DNA of 63,194 nucleotides, counting the filler, from Octopus bimaculoides (Eukaryota), in NCBI RefSeq assembly GCF_001194135.2. It is 5 parts of 5 records of this genome, joined end to end, with 100 filler letters (N's around TTAATTAATTAA, not from the genome) between each part and the next. Parts side by side here need not be neighbours in the genome. Positions count along the whole stretch, not along the records: positions 1 to 31,179 come from NC_069003.1; 4 more parts are not named here. One strand, given 5' to 3'. Below the pieces are notes generated by a model. It had not been told where the DNA came from. It saw nothing but the letters and a program-made list of their open reading frames with translations, and made no database searches. The first letter of the stretch is position 1; the number at the start of each line of letters is the position of its first letter. The translations under genes were made by a program, and so were the position numbers. Positions 1-12,684 of the stretch are shown piece by piece.

Positions 1-344
1 GATTTGTCTATGTGTCTGTGTTTTTGTTACAAAAAAAAAAAAGAAAAAAAAAAGGGGGGAGTTTAGGGGACAACAAAGAAAAAAATTTTTTTTTTAAACT
101 CAGCAGCAGCAGCAGCAGTATGGGGGGTGGGAGGGGTGGATGGAAGTTGTGGTAGGAGGGAGAGAAGTGTGGAAGTGGTTGTTTGATTGGGTGGGGCCAT
201 GAAAGCAACAGGGCCCCACAGTGAAGAACAATTAGGGTTGAGAAGATGGTTAGCATAGCATAGTAGAGTATCTGCATGGAGAGCCCAAATGGAGCAAGAG
301 AGGGTGTAGATGGTATAGGAAAGAGTGAAGAGTAGCGTAGGAGC

Positions 345-1715
<1,371 letters not shown>

Positions 1716-2159
1716 AAGCATACATATGTGGCCAGGAGAGGGTCTCAGACTAATCTAGTTATCCAGTGGGAATGGTAGAGACTTTCACACAAAAAAAATT
1801 CAATTACTTGGTGGGTTGGTTAGAGTGAGATAAGTGATATCCATCAGAATGACAACTGAATGAATATCTAGGTGGGGGGGACAGTAGGGAGGGAGAGGGG
1901 CTGGATATATGACTGTGATGGAGGTGAATAGATGGATGGATGGATATATGAATGGATGGATCCAGAGCGAAGTGGGTGTGTGCATGTCTATATACATACA
2001 TTATGTAACTTACGGATTTCAATCATTAGAGTGCAGCCTTGCGCAACTTTCAAGAAATTTAGCATCGATCCCCCACCCCCCAAACCCCACTATTTTGATT
2101 GGAATATTTATTTTAATTGAACTTGAAAGTGAACCTTGATGCTCTACCAATTACACCAT

Positions 2160-2388
2160 TCATTATATAATATATATATACACATATATATATACACACA
2201 TATATATCTATATATATACATACATACATATATATATCTACATATATACATATATATATATATATACATACACACACAGCTATATATACATATATATACA
2301 CACATCAAATATATATATATGCATACATATGTATATACACACATTTATATACACATATATAGATATGCATAGATATATGCACACACAC

Positions 2389-2447
<59 letters not shown>

Positions 2448-2560
2448 CATACACACACGTGTGTGTTGTGTGTATATTTGTATATGTGTATATCTCTCTA
2501 CCTATCTCTATATAAATACATACACACACATGCATATATATTCATACACACACATACACA
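2160..2560. repeat. TA/CA compound microsatellite
   Basis: Seen directly. Confidence 0.9.
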
Positions 2561-3517
2561 ATGATGGAGTGGTGGGAGGGGGATTCTAAATTTGAAATGG
2601 GGTGGGTGGGTATGAACTCAGTGAAAAATAAGGTCTGGTTATTTAGGCAGAGTGGGGGAAAGGGTAGGGATCAGTGGATCATGGGTAGATGGAGGGATGA
2701 GAAGGGGGTTATCTGGGGACAAGGTGGCTTCTGGTAAAGAATGATCAAGTGGTATTGCATTAATTTACTACGCATGGTTTCAGATTGCCAAATAAACACT
2801 AATTAATGTGGTATAACAGTTTGGTGATAGCTGTTTAGGTGGTAGTAGCACAGTGGTGGTATGGTAGTAGTAGTAGCAGCATAGTTGTGGCTGGTGGTTG
2901 CTACAGTATGGGTGGTGATGGTGGTGGTTGATAGTCGTAATAATATGATGGTAATAGTGGTTATTAGCATTAGAGTGGTGGTTAGTGGTTATGATAGCAC
3001 TAACAGTATGGTTGCAGTATGATGGTTGTGGCGGTAGCACTGTTTAGTGGGAGGAAGAAAAAGAAAAAAAAAAAAAAACTTGGAGACAAGAGAGGAGGAG
3101 GAGGGCAAGAGAGGAGCAGTGTGAGACAAAAAAAAATATGTGGAGCATGAGAGAGAAAACAAGAGAGAGAGAGAATATGTGTGAGAGAGAGAGAGAAAGT
3201 AGGTGAGTGAGTGAGAGAGAGTAAGAGGAGGATTATAACAGAAAAAAGAAAAGAAAAAGGAAAGGACTTTTTCATTTATATTATTTTTTGGTGGTTGTGG
3301 ATGTGTTTGTTTGTTTTTTTGCAGTTTTTTCTGTCTTGTTTTTTTTCATTTGTTGCTTTTCTTTAATTATATATATATATACACACATATATATATATAT
3401 ATATTTTGTATTTCATTGTTTTTCGTTTCCATTTTTCTTTTTCTTTTTTTTTCCCCCAAAACTTTCATTTTCAGTTTTTAAAATTTTTGTTGTTGTTATA
3501 GTTGCTGCTGTTGTTGT

Positions 3518-3803
3518 TCAGCCATCGTGATCCCATGGTGGACACTGATTGGACGAGAGATTCATTGAGGTCATGCGGGCGTAGAGGGCATCTCCGCCAC
3601 TCCCGCTGACATCTTCAGCCATTATCCCCGCCTTCAGCGGGAACTTCAGCGTCACGTCCAGATGCTCATTGTGTTCGGACAGCGACGTCTTCTGGTAGTG
3701 TAACACCAGCTCCAGTAGCGACGGATGAATAATGTATGGCTCGGCAAAGCCATAGTTGCCGTTTTTCCGCAGGATTTTACAATGGCCTATCACTTTTTCA
3801 TGT
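3518..3803 (-). CDS. PIK3R1-like: p85 terminal coding exon: cSH2 second half plus C-terminal tail ending at TGA
   Basis: Acceptor gaaacag|ACATGAAAAAGTG (phase 2). Encodes [94 protein letters not shown]. The acceptor has a weak pyrimidine tract. Confidence 0.93.
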
Positions 3804-5700
3804 CTGTTTCGTCACCAGAGCAGCAAATTCACAGGTAGGTATGCAGTTTGGATTGGTTGGAAGAATAAAAAAGGAAAAAAAAAAAAGAAATATATAATAA
3901 CAACAAAGAATAAACCAGAAAGTAATATCAATAAAAATGGTTTCGAATTTTGTCACAAGGGCAGCAATTTTGCAAAAGGGGATGAGTCAATTACATCGAC
4001 CCCTGAAAGGCAAAGTCGACCTCAGCGGAATTTGAACTCGGAATGTAAAAGTCAGACATACAGCTAAGCATTTCACCTGGTGTGCTAGTGATTCCGCCCA
4101 CTTGCCACCTGATAATCCTTTCTATTATAGGCACAAGGCCTGAAATTTTTGGGGAGAAGACTTATCGATTCCATCAACCCCAGTGTTCAACTGGTACTTA
4201 TTTTATCGACCCCAAAAGGATGACAGGCAAAGTTGACCTTGGTGGAATTTGAACTCAGAACATAGTGATAGGTGAAATACCATTAAGGATTTCATCCACA
4301 GTGCTAACGATTCCGTCAGCTTGCAGCTCTGATAATAATAAAAATAATCTTCTCTATTACAGGCACAAGGCCTGAAATTTTGGGGAACTGAGGAGGCCTA
4401 GTTGATTACATCAACCACAGTGCTCGACTGGTACCTATTTCATCGATCCCCAAAAGGATAACAAGGCAAAGTCAACCTTGGCAGAATTAACAGTAATCAT
4501 CATAATAATAATAATAATAATCTTTTCTACGATAGACACAAAGCCTGAAATCTGGGGGAGGCGGGGCCAGTCAATTACATCAACCCCAGTACTCAACTGG
4601 CACTAAATTTATCGACCCTGAAGGGATGAAAGGCAAAGTTGACCTCGGCAGAATTTGAACTCAGAACATAAAGACTGACGAAATGCCGCTAAGGATTTTT
4701 CTTGGTGTATTAACGACTCTGCCAGCTCGCTGCCAATGGTAATAATAAGGAAAACAATAATAGACATCACATGCCCTGGAGAGAATAGAATCATCAAAAG
4801 GAAAGAGAAAAACTCATGAGATATAAAGTTCACAATTAGCATCATCATCGTTTAACGTCCACTTTCCATGCTGGCATGGGTTGGGCAGTTTGACTGAGGA
4901 CTGGTGAAACCAGATGGCTACACCAGGCTCCAATCTGATTTGGCAGAGTTTCTACAGTTGGATGCCCTTCCTAAAGCCAACCACTCCGAGAGTGTAGTGG
5001 GTGCTTTTACGTGCCACCGGCATGAAGGTCAGTCAGGCAGTACAGGCAACGGCCATGCTCAAAATGGTGTATTTTACGTGCCACCTGCACAGGAGCCAGT
5101 CCAGCGGCACTGGCAACGATCTTGCTCGAATGACTTTTCACGTGCCACGAAGGCGACGCTGGTAACGATCATGCTTGAACGGTGGTGAGAAATCAAAAGG
5201 GTGTGGCCATTGGGAAAGGTGTACGGGTAAGCAGAGAGATTACATTACTCTTCTCAAAAGGACCCAAGTTTGTCACAGGGTTAAATTCCTAGCTATTGTT
5301 TGAACTCATTTTGCAGCTGAGGCGACTGGAGTGAAATGGGAAAAGAAGCTCGAAAACACAACAAGACAGACACACTTCGGTCTGTCATGATGAACCCCGA
5401 GGACTCATAAGGCCAGAGCTTAACCCAGTCACTGAGATTACATCGCCCCGTCCCCCCACCCATCACCACCAGGAGTGGCTGGCGTTAGGAAGGGCATCCA
5501 GCAATAGAAACCATGCCAAATCAGGTGCAAATTGGAATGTGGTGCTGCTCCTCCAGCTTACCAAATTTCAGTCAATCCGTCAAGGTTCAGTTCTACTGCG
5601 TGGCACCTTGAGCAAGTGTCTTCTACTACAGTCTTGGGTTGACTAAAGTCTTATGAGTAGATTTGGTAGACAGAAACTGAAAGAAGCCCATCATATATAT

Positions 5701-5739
<39 letters not shown>

Positions 5740-8086
5740 NNNNNNNNNNATATATACATATATATATATGTGTGTATCTTTCCTGCCATTGCTTGACAAC
5801 TGATGCTGGTTTGTTTATGCCCCAGTAACTTAGCGGTTTGGCAAAAGACACCGATAGAATAAGTACTAGGCTTTACAAAGAATAAGTCCTGGGGTCAATT
5901 TCTTTGACTAAAACCCTGTAAAAGCAGTGCTCCAGCATGGCTGCAGTCAAATGGCTGAAACAAGTAAAAGAATAAAAGAATTGCTCCCAAGGGGACACTA
6001 CTCATACTCACACAATAGACAATGCATAAAATTGTCCGTTATTTTTGGGTCGAATCAAGAAAGTCCCGTCGGGTTTGCCCTCAAGCAGTTTTTCAGCCTC
6101 GTCTCGTTGGCATGACATAAGCCATAAGCTCTCCTGTCGATGGGGAAGGTCGTCAGAAACTGAACTGTTATCACTGCAAAGAAAGAAAAGGAAAAACGCT
6201 ACATGTATAATTATATGTATTTACAAAGCTCTCTAGTAAATATATATTTGAATGAAAATATACGTCCACAGCATTCTGAGGATATCTATCACTTATTTCT
6301 ATCCTGAAATACTTCGTTCATAATGTTATTCCCATTTTCCATCATTAACTATCAGTAACTTCATAATGAATCATAAACTGATCCAAAATAATTTGTGTAC
6401 TTGTTCTTCCTTATTTACAGATTCAAAATGAATAATAAAAAATTATATTTTTTGCAAGGAAATTGAAAAAAAAAAAACCTTGTATGTTAAGAGGTTAATA
6501 TCAACATTTGAGATATGTAAATTTGTGTGTGTGTGTTCATATGACAAAACAAAGGGTCCGTTATATAAAAGATGGGAAGAAAGAAAACAAAATGTGGTTG
6601 ACTTACTTTTCTTTACGTCCTTCTAATTGGTTATCTAAGAAGTCTTGGCTCATACCATTCTGAAGTAATAATCTGTAATGATAAAGATAGAAATAAGTGA
6701 GATGGTGAGAGGAAGAGGTAAAGAAAGATAGAGAAAGGGCAAAAGAGAAGAGAAAGATAGAGAAAGGGCAAAAGAGAAGAGAAAGATAGAGAAAGGGCAA
6801 AAGAGAAGAGAAAGCCAGAAAGAGAGAGAAAGATAGAGAGGGCTACAAATAAAAAAGAAATAGAAAGAGTGAGACAGTGAAAAAGATGAGAGAAGATATG
6901 AGAGAGAGAGAGAGAAAGAATGAAAGAATATAGAAAGTAAAAAAGTAGAGATAATGTGCTTTACACAACCATTTATGTGAATTATAATTATCACTTAAGT
7001 CTGGCAATACCTTCTTCTTCAATTCAGCTGGGGAATTCACCATGATAGCAATATGAGCCAAACTGATATCACCATTCCCATCGAATGGTGCTTTCCCATT
7101 TCCTAATTGGACGAGCCAGGTTGAAAACTGTTTTGCACATTGGTCCCCATGTACTAAAGCTCACACATTAGTAGTGAAGGAGAATTTCAGTACTTTATTC
7201 CATAGGTATGAAGACTTCATGCATGCTTTTATTTCATCAGATCTTGTTCGTCTCACAATGACTGGTAATGTCTGTCTGAAGTCTCCTGATAAAACTAATG
7301 TAACTACCCCCACCATAGATTTATTGATGCCTCTGATGTCCTGTAAGGTCTTACCAAGAGCTTCCATTACACCTGTATGTGACATGATGCATTCATCCCA
7401 AATGATAAGGTGGCACTGGCACAACACTTCAAGTGAACCTGAATCTTTGCTTATGTTACAAATTGGATTGTCATTTGTGACCAGGTTTAATGGCAATTTA
7501 AATGAGCTGTTTGTCCTCCTGGGAGAATGGTGGCAGCAAAGCCAGACAATGGTATGGCAACTGAAATTCTTTTTTGTTACCTTACCTTGGAGAGAAGTAA
7601 TGTTACAAATGTTCTACCTGTGCTACCAGGAACATCAAGAAAGAAAATTCCTCTGCTTTTTTCTAGCGATTGTGGACCACCGCATGCATACACACACGCA
7701 CGCACACACACAGAGATACTAAACATCAGATGAAATGGACATGTGTGTGTGTGTGTGAACATATATAAATAGGCATACATCTTTCTTGTATGTGTGTGCA
7801 TGTGGGTGAGAGAGAAAGAGAGAGTGTCACTTAGAATTCTCTCTCTCTCTCACACACACACATAGAAAAAGATGTATGCATATGTATTTATGTATGTACA
7901 TATACATAACACACCCCTTCACACACACATATGAATGTATACAAACATACGTTACAAAAACACATGTGCGTGTGTGACTGGCTACAAAAACATAGAGCTG
8001 AACAAGGTGTGCAAGAAGAAAATAAATATATTTCATGGAAATTAACGAAGTGTACGAGTTCAGAACGAAATGAAACCTTGTATGAG

Positions 8087-8133
<47 letters not shown>

Positions 8134-11100
8134 ATTGCAAACAATGAATGAGACAAACATGGAATAAATAAATCGTATAAATAAAAGCATGTTGAAAAGT
8201 ATCTCGTCCCAAATATTTAAATTTGTGAACATTGTAAATATTTCTCTCAGTAATTTATCATACATTATTTACATCTGACGGATATTTATCCTCATCTTGT
8301 TTGTTGTTAACACAACGTTTCGGCTGATATNNNNNNNNNNNNNNNNNNNNNNNNNNNNNNNNNNNNNNNNNNNNNNNNNNNNNNNNNNNNNNNNNNNNNN
8401 NNNNNNNNNNNNNNNNNNNNNNNNNNNNNNNNNNNNNNNNNNNNNNNNNNNNNNNNNNNNNNNNNNNNNNNNNNNNNNNNNNNNNNNNNNNNNNNNNNNN
8501 NNNNNNNNNNNNNNNNNNNNNNNNNNNNNNNNNNNNNNNNNNNNNNNNNNNNNNNNNNNNNNNNNNNNNNNNNNNNNNNNNNNNNNNNNNNNNNNNNNNN
8601 NNNNNNNNNNNNNNNNNNNNNNNNNNNNNNNNNNNNNNNNNNNNNNNNNNNNNNNNNNNNNNNNNNNNNNNNNNNNNNNNNNNNNNNNNNNNNNNNNNNN
8701 NNNNNNNNNNNNNNNNNNNNNNNNNNNNNNNNNNNNNNNNNNNNNNNNNNNNNNNNNNNNNNNNNNNNNNNNNNNNNNNNNNNNNNNNNNNNNNNNNNNN
8801 NNNNNNNNNNNNNNNNNNNNNNNNNNNNNNNNNNNNNNNNNNNNNNNNNNNNNNNNNNNNNNNNNNNNNNNNNNNNNNNNNNNNNNNNNNNNNNNNNNNN
8901 NNNNNNNNNNNNNNNNNNNNNNNNNNNAACCAGATATAATTTTTATGGAAGATTAGATAAAAAAAAAAAACAGGTTTTATATCAGAGAATCAAAAGCAGG
9001 GGTCACAGGAGGGTTGTCAATAAAAGGGAGAAGGGCTGACCTAAGCTGCAGCAATCCATGATATCTATTACATACAATCTTTGATGTGGTTGAACAACCA
9101 ATCAGGGTAAAGTTGTTTATGGAAGACCAGCAGTTGCCCATGCATACCAGCCTCCTCTCTCCACACCACTGATGTTATCCAAGGGAAAGGTAAAGGCCAA
9201 TACAGCTTGGCACCAGTGACTTCGTAACTCATTTCCACAGCTGAGTGAACTGGAGCAACGTGAAATAAAGTGTCTTGGTTTAAGAACACAACACACAGTC
9301 TGATCCAGGAATTGAACCCACAAAGACTCCCTCTGGTCACAAATGACCATGGGATTGCACCTAGAAAGTTCCCTTCCAAGGAACATGTTCTAGGCAAGGT
9401 TGTTTATGGAAGACCAGCACTCACCTATGCATACCAGCCTCCCCCTCTCCACACCACTGATGTTATCCAAGGGAAAGGGGCCGATACAGCTGAGCTACAC
9501 AGTCCATGGTACCGAGTGGACAGCGAAGTATACACGACAGGGATACAAGATATGCAAACAGCTCAACACGAGCCAACTTTAAACCAAGAACCAACCCTTC
9601 ATGTAATGACCTGAAGCCCAGTTAACTCTGCGACAAGGAGAGAGAAAATAGTAGAGAATGGAGAGAAGGCAAGGGCTTACTTTTGTGCTTCGTGTGCTTG
9701 GGCATCTTTGTGATGCCGCTCGTGCAGTTTTATCTGTTCTTCAAACACTGATAATGTTTCTCGGAATGCATCAAGCGCCTGACTTTTGAGCTGTAACTCC
9801 TGCAAAAGACACACAAGGAATTTCATCATCAACACTGTTCGTTCGAGAATGGGTTGGATGAATATATTATGGCATTGCTTGGGGATTTAAAAAAAATTTT
9901 TCGCCTTTTATTTTACAGCCAAACCAGATACCTTACCTAATGCTTATTCTTACCTGTTCTCCAAGCAAGAAATCTTTTATTGGATCTTTTCGGTTTGGCG
10001 GACCAATTTTCAAAAATTCAAAATTCATTGAAAATTTTAAAATTTGATACATTAATGTAGTTTTCCAAGCTCAATCTTAAGAGATACTTCACTTTTTTTC
10101 AGAAAAAAAAAAAAAAAATGGGGTGGTGGAAGAACGGGGGAGGAAGTGGGAGAGGAAGAACGGGGGAGAGAAGGAAGAGGGGAGGAGGAGGAAGAGGAAG
10201 AAGATGAAAGAGAGGAAAATGAAGGGGAGGAAGATGAAAAGGAGGAAGATGAAGGGGAGGAAGATGAAGGGAAGGAAGAGGGAGAGGAAGAATGGGGGAA
10301 GGGGGAAGAAGAGGAGGAATAAGAAGAACTGAAGAGGAGATTGGAGAGGTTATGCTGAGTTTCGATCAAAGTTTTTACCTGTGACGTTTTGGAATGGTTT
10401 TCATAGAGACGATCGAAGGAGTTGGCCTTCTCTTGGTATTCCTTGTTGATCTTTAGTAATTTCTCCAACTCATCTTTCTGGGCGTCGGCACCAATTGTTA
10501 TATACTGGTTTTGGTAAACGGCAGCGATGGCACCAACAGGAATGGACAAAGGAGCAGGGAGAGAAGAAAAAAGAAAAAAGGCCAAACATTAGAACTTTCT
10601 TTTCATTAAGGGAGTTTATGTCATTTTACTGTTTCCGTCTTTCACTTGTTTCAGTCACTGAACTGCGGCCATGCTGGGGCACTGCCTTGAAGGGTCAAAT
10701 AAATCAACTCCTGCAGTACTTTTACGTTCATACATTTTAAGCCTGGTACTTATTCGCACCCAAGTCAATGTAATCGACTAGCCTCCATCCCACAAACTTC
10801 AGGCTTTGTGCCCATAGTAGAAAGGATTATCATCATCATCATCATCATCATTATTATTATTATTATTATCAAGGTGGAGAGCTGGCAGAATCGTTAGCAC
10901 GCCAGGCAAAATGCTAAGTGGCATTTTGTCTGTCTTTATTTTCTGAGTTCAAATTCCACCGAGGTTGACTTTGCCCTTCAACCTTCTGAGGTCGAAGAAA
11001 TAAGTACCAGTTAAGCACTGGGGTCAATGTAATTGACTAGTCCCCGCCCCCAGAATTTCAGGCCCTCTGCCTATAGCAAAAAGGGTTATTATTATTATTA

Positions 11101-12626
11101 TTAATTTATTAAGGCTACAAGCTAGCAGAATTGTTAGCATGTTGGACAAAATTCCTTGAACCATTTCTTCCTTATGTTTAAAGTTCAAATACTGCTGGGG
11201 TCAAGAAAATACGGGCCAGTCAAGTACTGGAGTCAATGTAATTGCCTTACCCCTTCCTCTAAAACTGCTAATCTAATGCCAAAATTTTATTATCATCATC
11301 ATCATAGAAGTTGGTAGTCCAGTGGACACAATAGCTTATAGTGCTCAGTAATGCCCTTTTAAAGTATTAAGGTGACAAGCTGACAGAATTATTTGTAAAT
11401 AGTCTATAAAAGAGTAAAGACCCCCTTCGGTGATGAATGACCATGGGATTGAACCTAGAAAGTTACCTTCCGAGGAGCACGTCTGAGCAAGGTTGTTTGT
11501 GGAAGACCAGCAGTCGCCTATGCATACCAACCCCCACTCTCCACGCCACTGATGTTATACAAAGGAAAGGCAAAGCTTGGCACCAGTGATGTCGCAACTC
11601 ATTTCTACAGATGAGTGGACTGGAGCAACGTGGAATAAAGTGTCTTGCTCAAGGACACAATAAACAGCCCAGTCTGGGAATCGAACTATCTCATGATTGT
11701 GAGCCCAACACTATAACCACTGACCCATGTGCCTTCACAAGTAATCTATAAACCGGGCTAATTCAGCTGTTTCTCCATAGACTGAAAAAACTATGAACAA
11801 CCTTCAATTTTTGGATTCCCATCAGAGACGTCTATATCATTTTGGATTCCCAATATTGGATTCCCATCAGAGACATCTATATCATTTTGACCAGTCCCAG
11901 GAGCTGCAGGAAAGTGGAGTTGCTAATTTGCACACTGTAAGTGAGAATGCTTTATTCTTAAACAACCGGGGCCTGTCAACAGGGACCTCAGTCCACACAG
12001 TATCAAGGTATGATATAATATACAGAGTCTGCCAAAGAAAATGTATACATACTTCAGGAAAGGGAAAAATCTGTATAAACATTTTTTCTTCAGTGCTATC
12101 ACAATTTGATGTGTAAGACATTCGAGCGAGATCGTTGCCAATGCCACTGGACTGGCTCCTGTGCAGGTGGCACGTAAAATACACCATTTTGAGCGTGGCC
12201 GTTCTGACTGGCCTTCGTGCCGGTGGCACGTAAAAGAACCCACTACACTCTCTGAGTGGTTGGCGTTAGGAAGGGCCTCCAGCTGTAGAAACTCTGCCAA
12301 ATCACATTGGAGCCTGGTGTAGCCATCTGGTTCACCAGTCCTCAGTCAAATCGTCCAACCCATGCTAGCATGGAAAACGGACGTTAAACGATGATGGTGA
12401 TGATGATTGAAAGAGGTATTTATATTTATAGAGGTACTTATAAATACTGACACAAAATATTTCCTTTCCTGAAGTGTGTATAGATGTTTTTGGTGGACTC
12501 TCTAATTTATATAGCATGTTGGATAAAACCCTCAAACACAGAAGACTAAACAAAAATAATCAAATAAAGAGTGGAATAAAAAGTGAAGAGGAAGTGTGAC
12601 AGATTCCTCAAAACTCTCACACTTTA

Positions 12627-12684
<58 letters not shown>

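Noticed and set aside
130-340. GA-rich segments (also about 1800-2000, 2590-2790 and 57150-57530) faintly resembling Penelope ORF remnants
   Set aside because: No convincing motif could be read, so they are too degraded to call without a search.
4904-5188. 94-aa ORF, with a similar ORF at 11923-12300
   Set aside because: Both lie within copies of the same RTE-associated repeat and are not host genes.
7888-8265. ORF starting MYDKLLREI as the missing iSH2 exon (resembles NYDKLKSRI)
   Set aside because: The similarity stops after a few residues, there is no suitable phase 2 acceptor/donor pair, and it lies in a repeat-like flank running into (GA)n.
10123-10332. K/R/E-rich plus-strand ORF
   Set aside because: It is a translation of the intronic purine tract.
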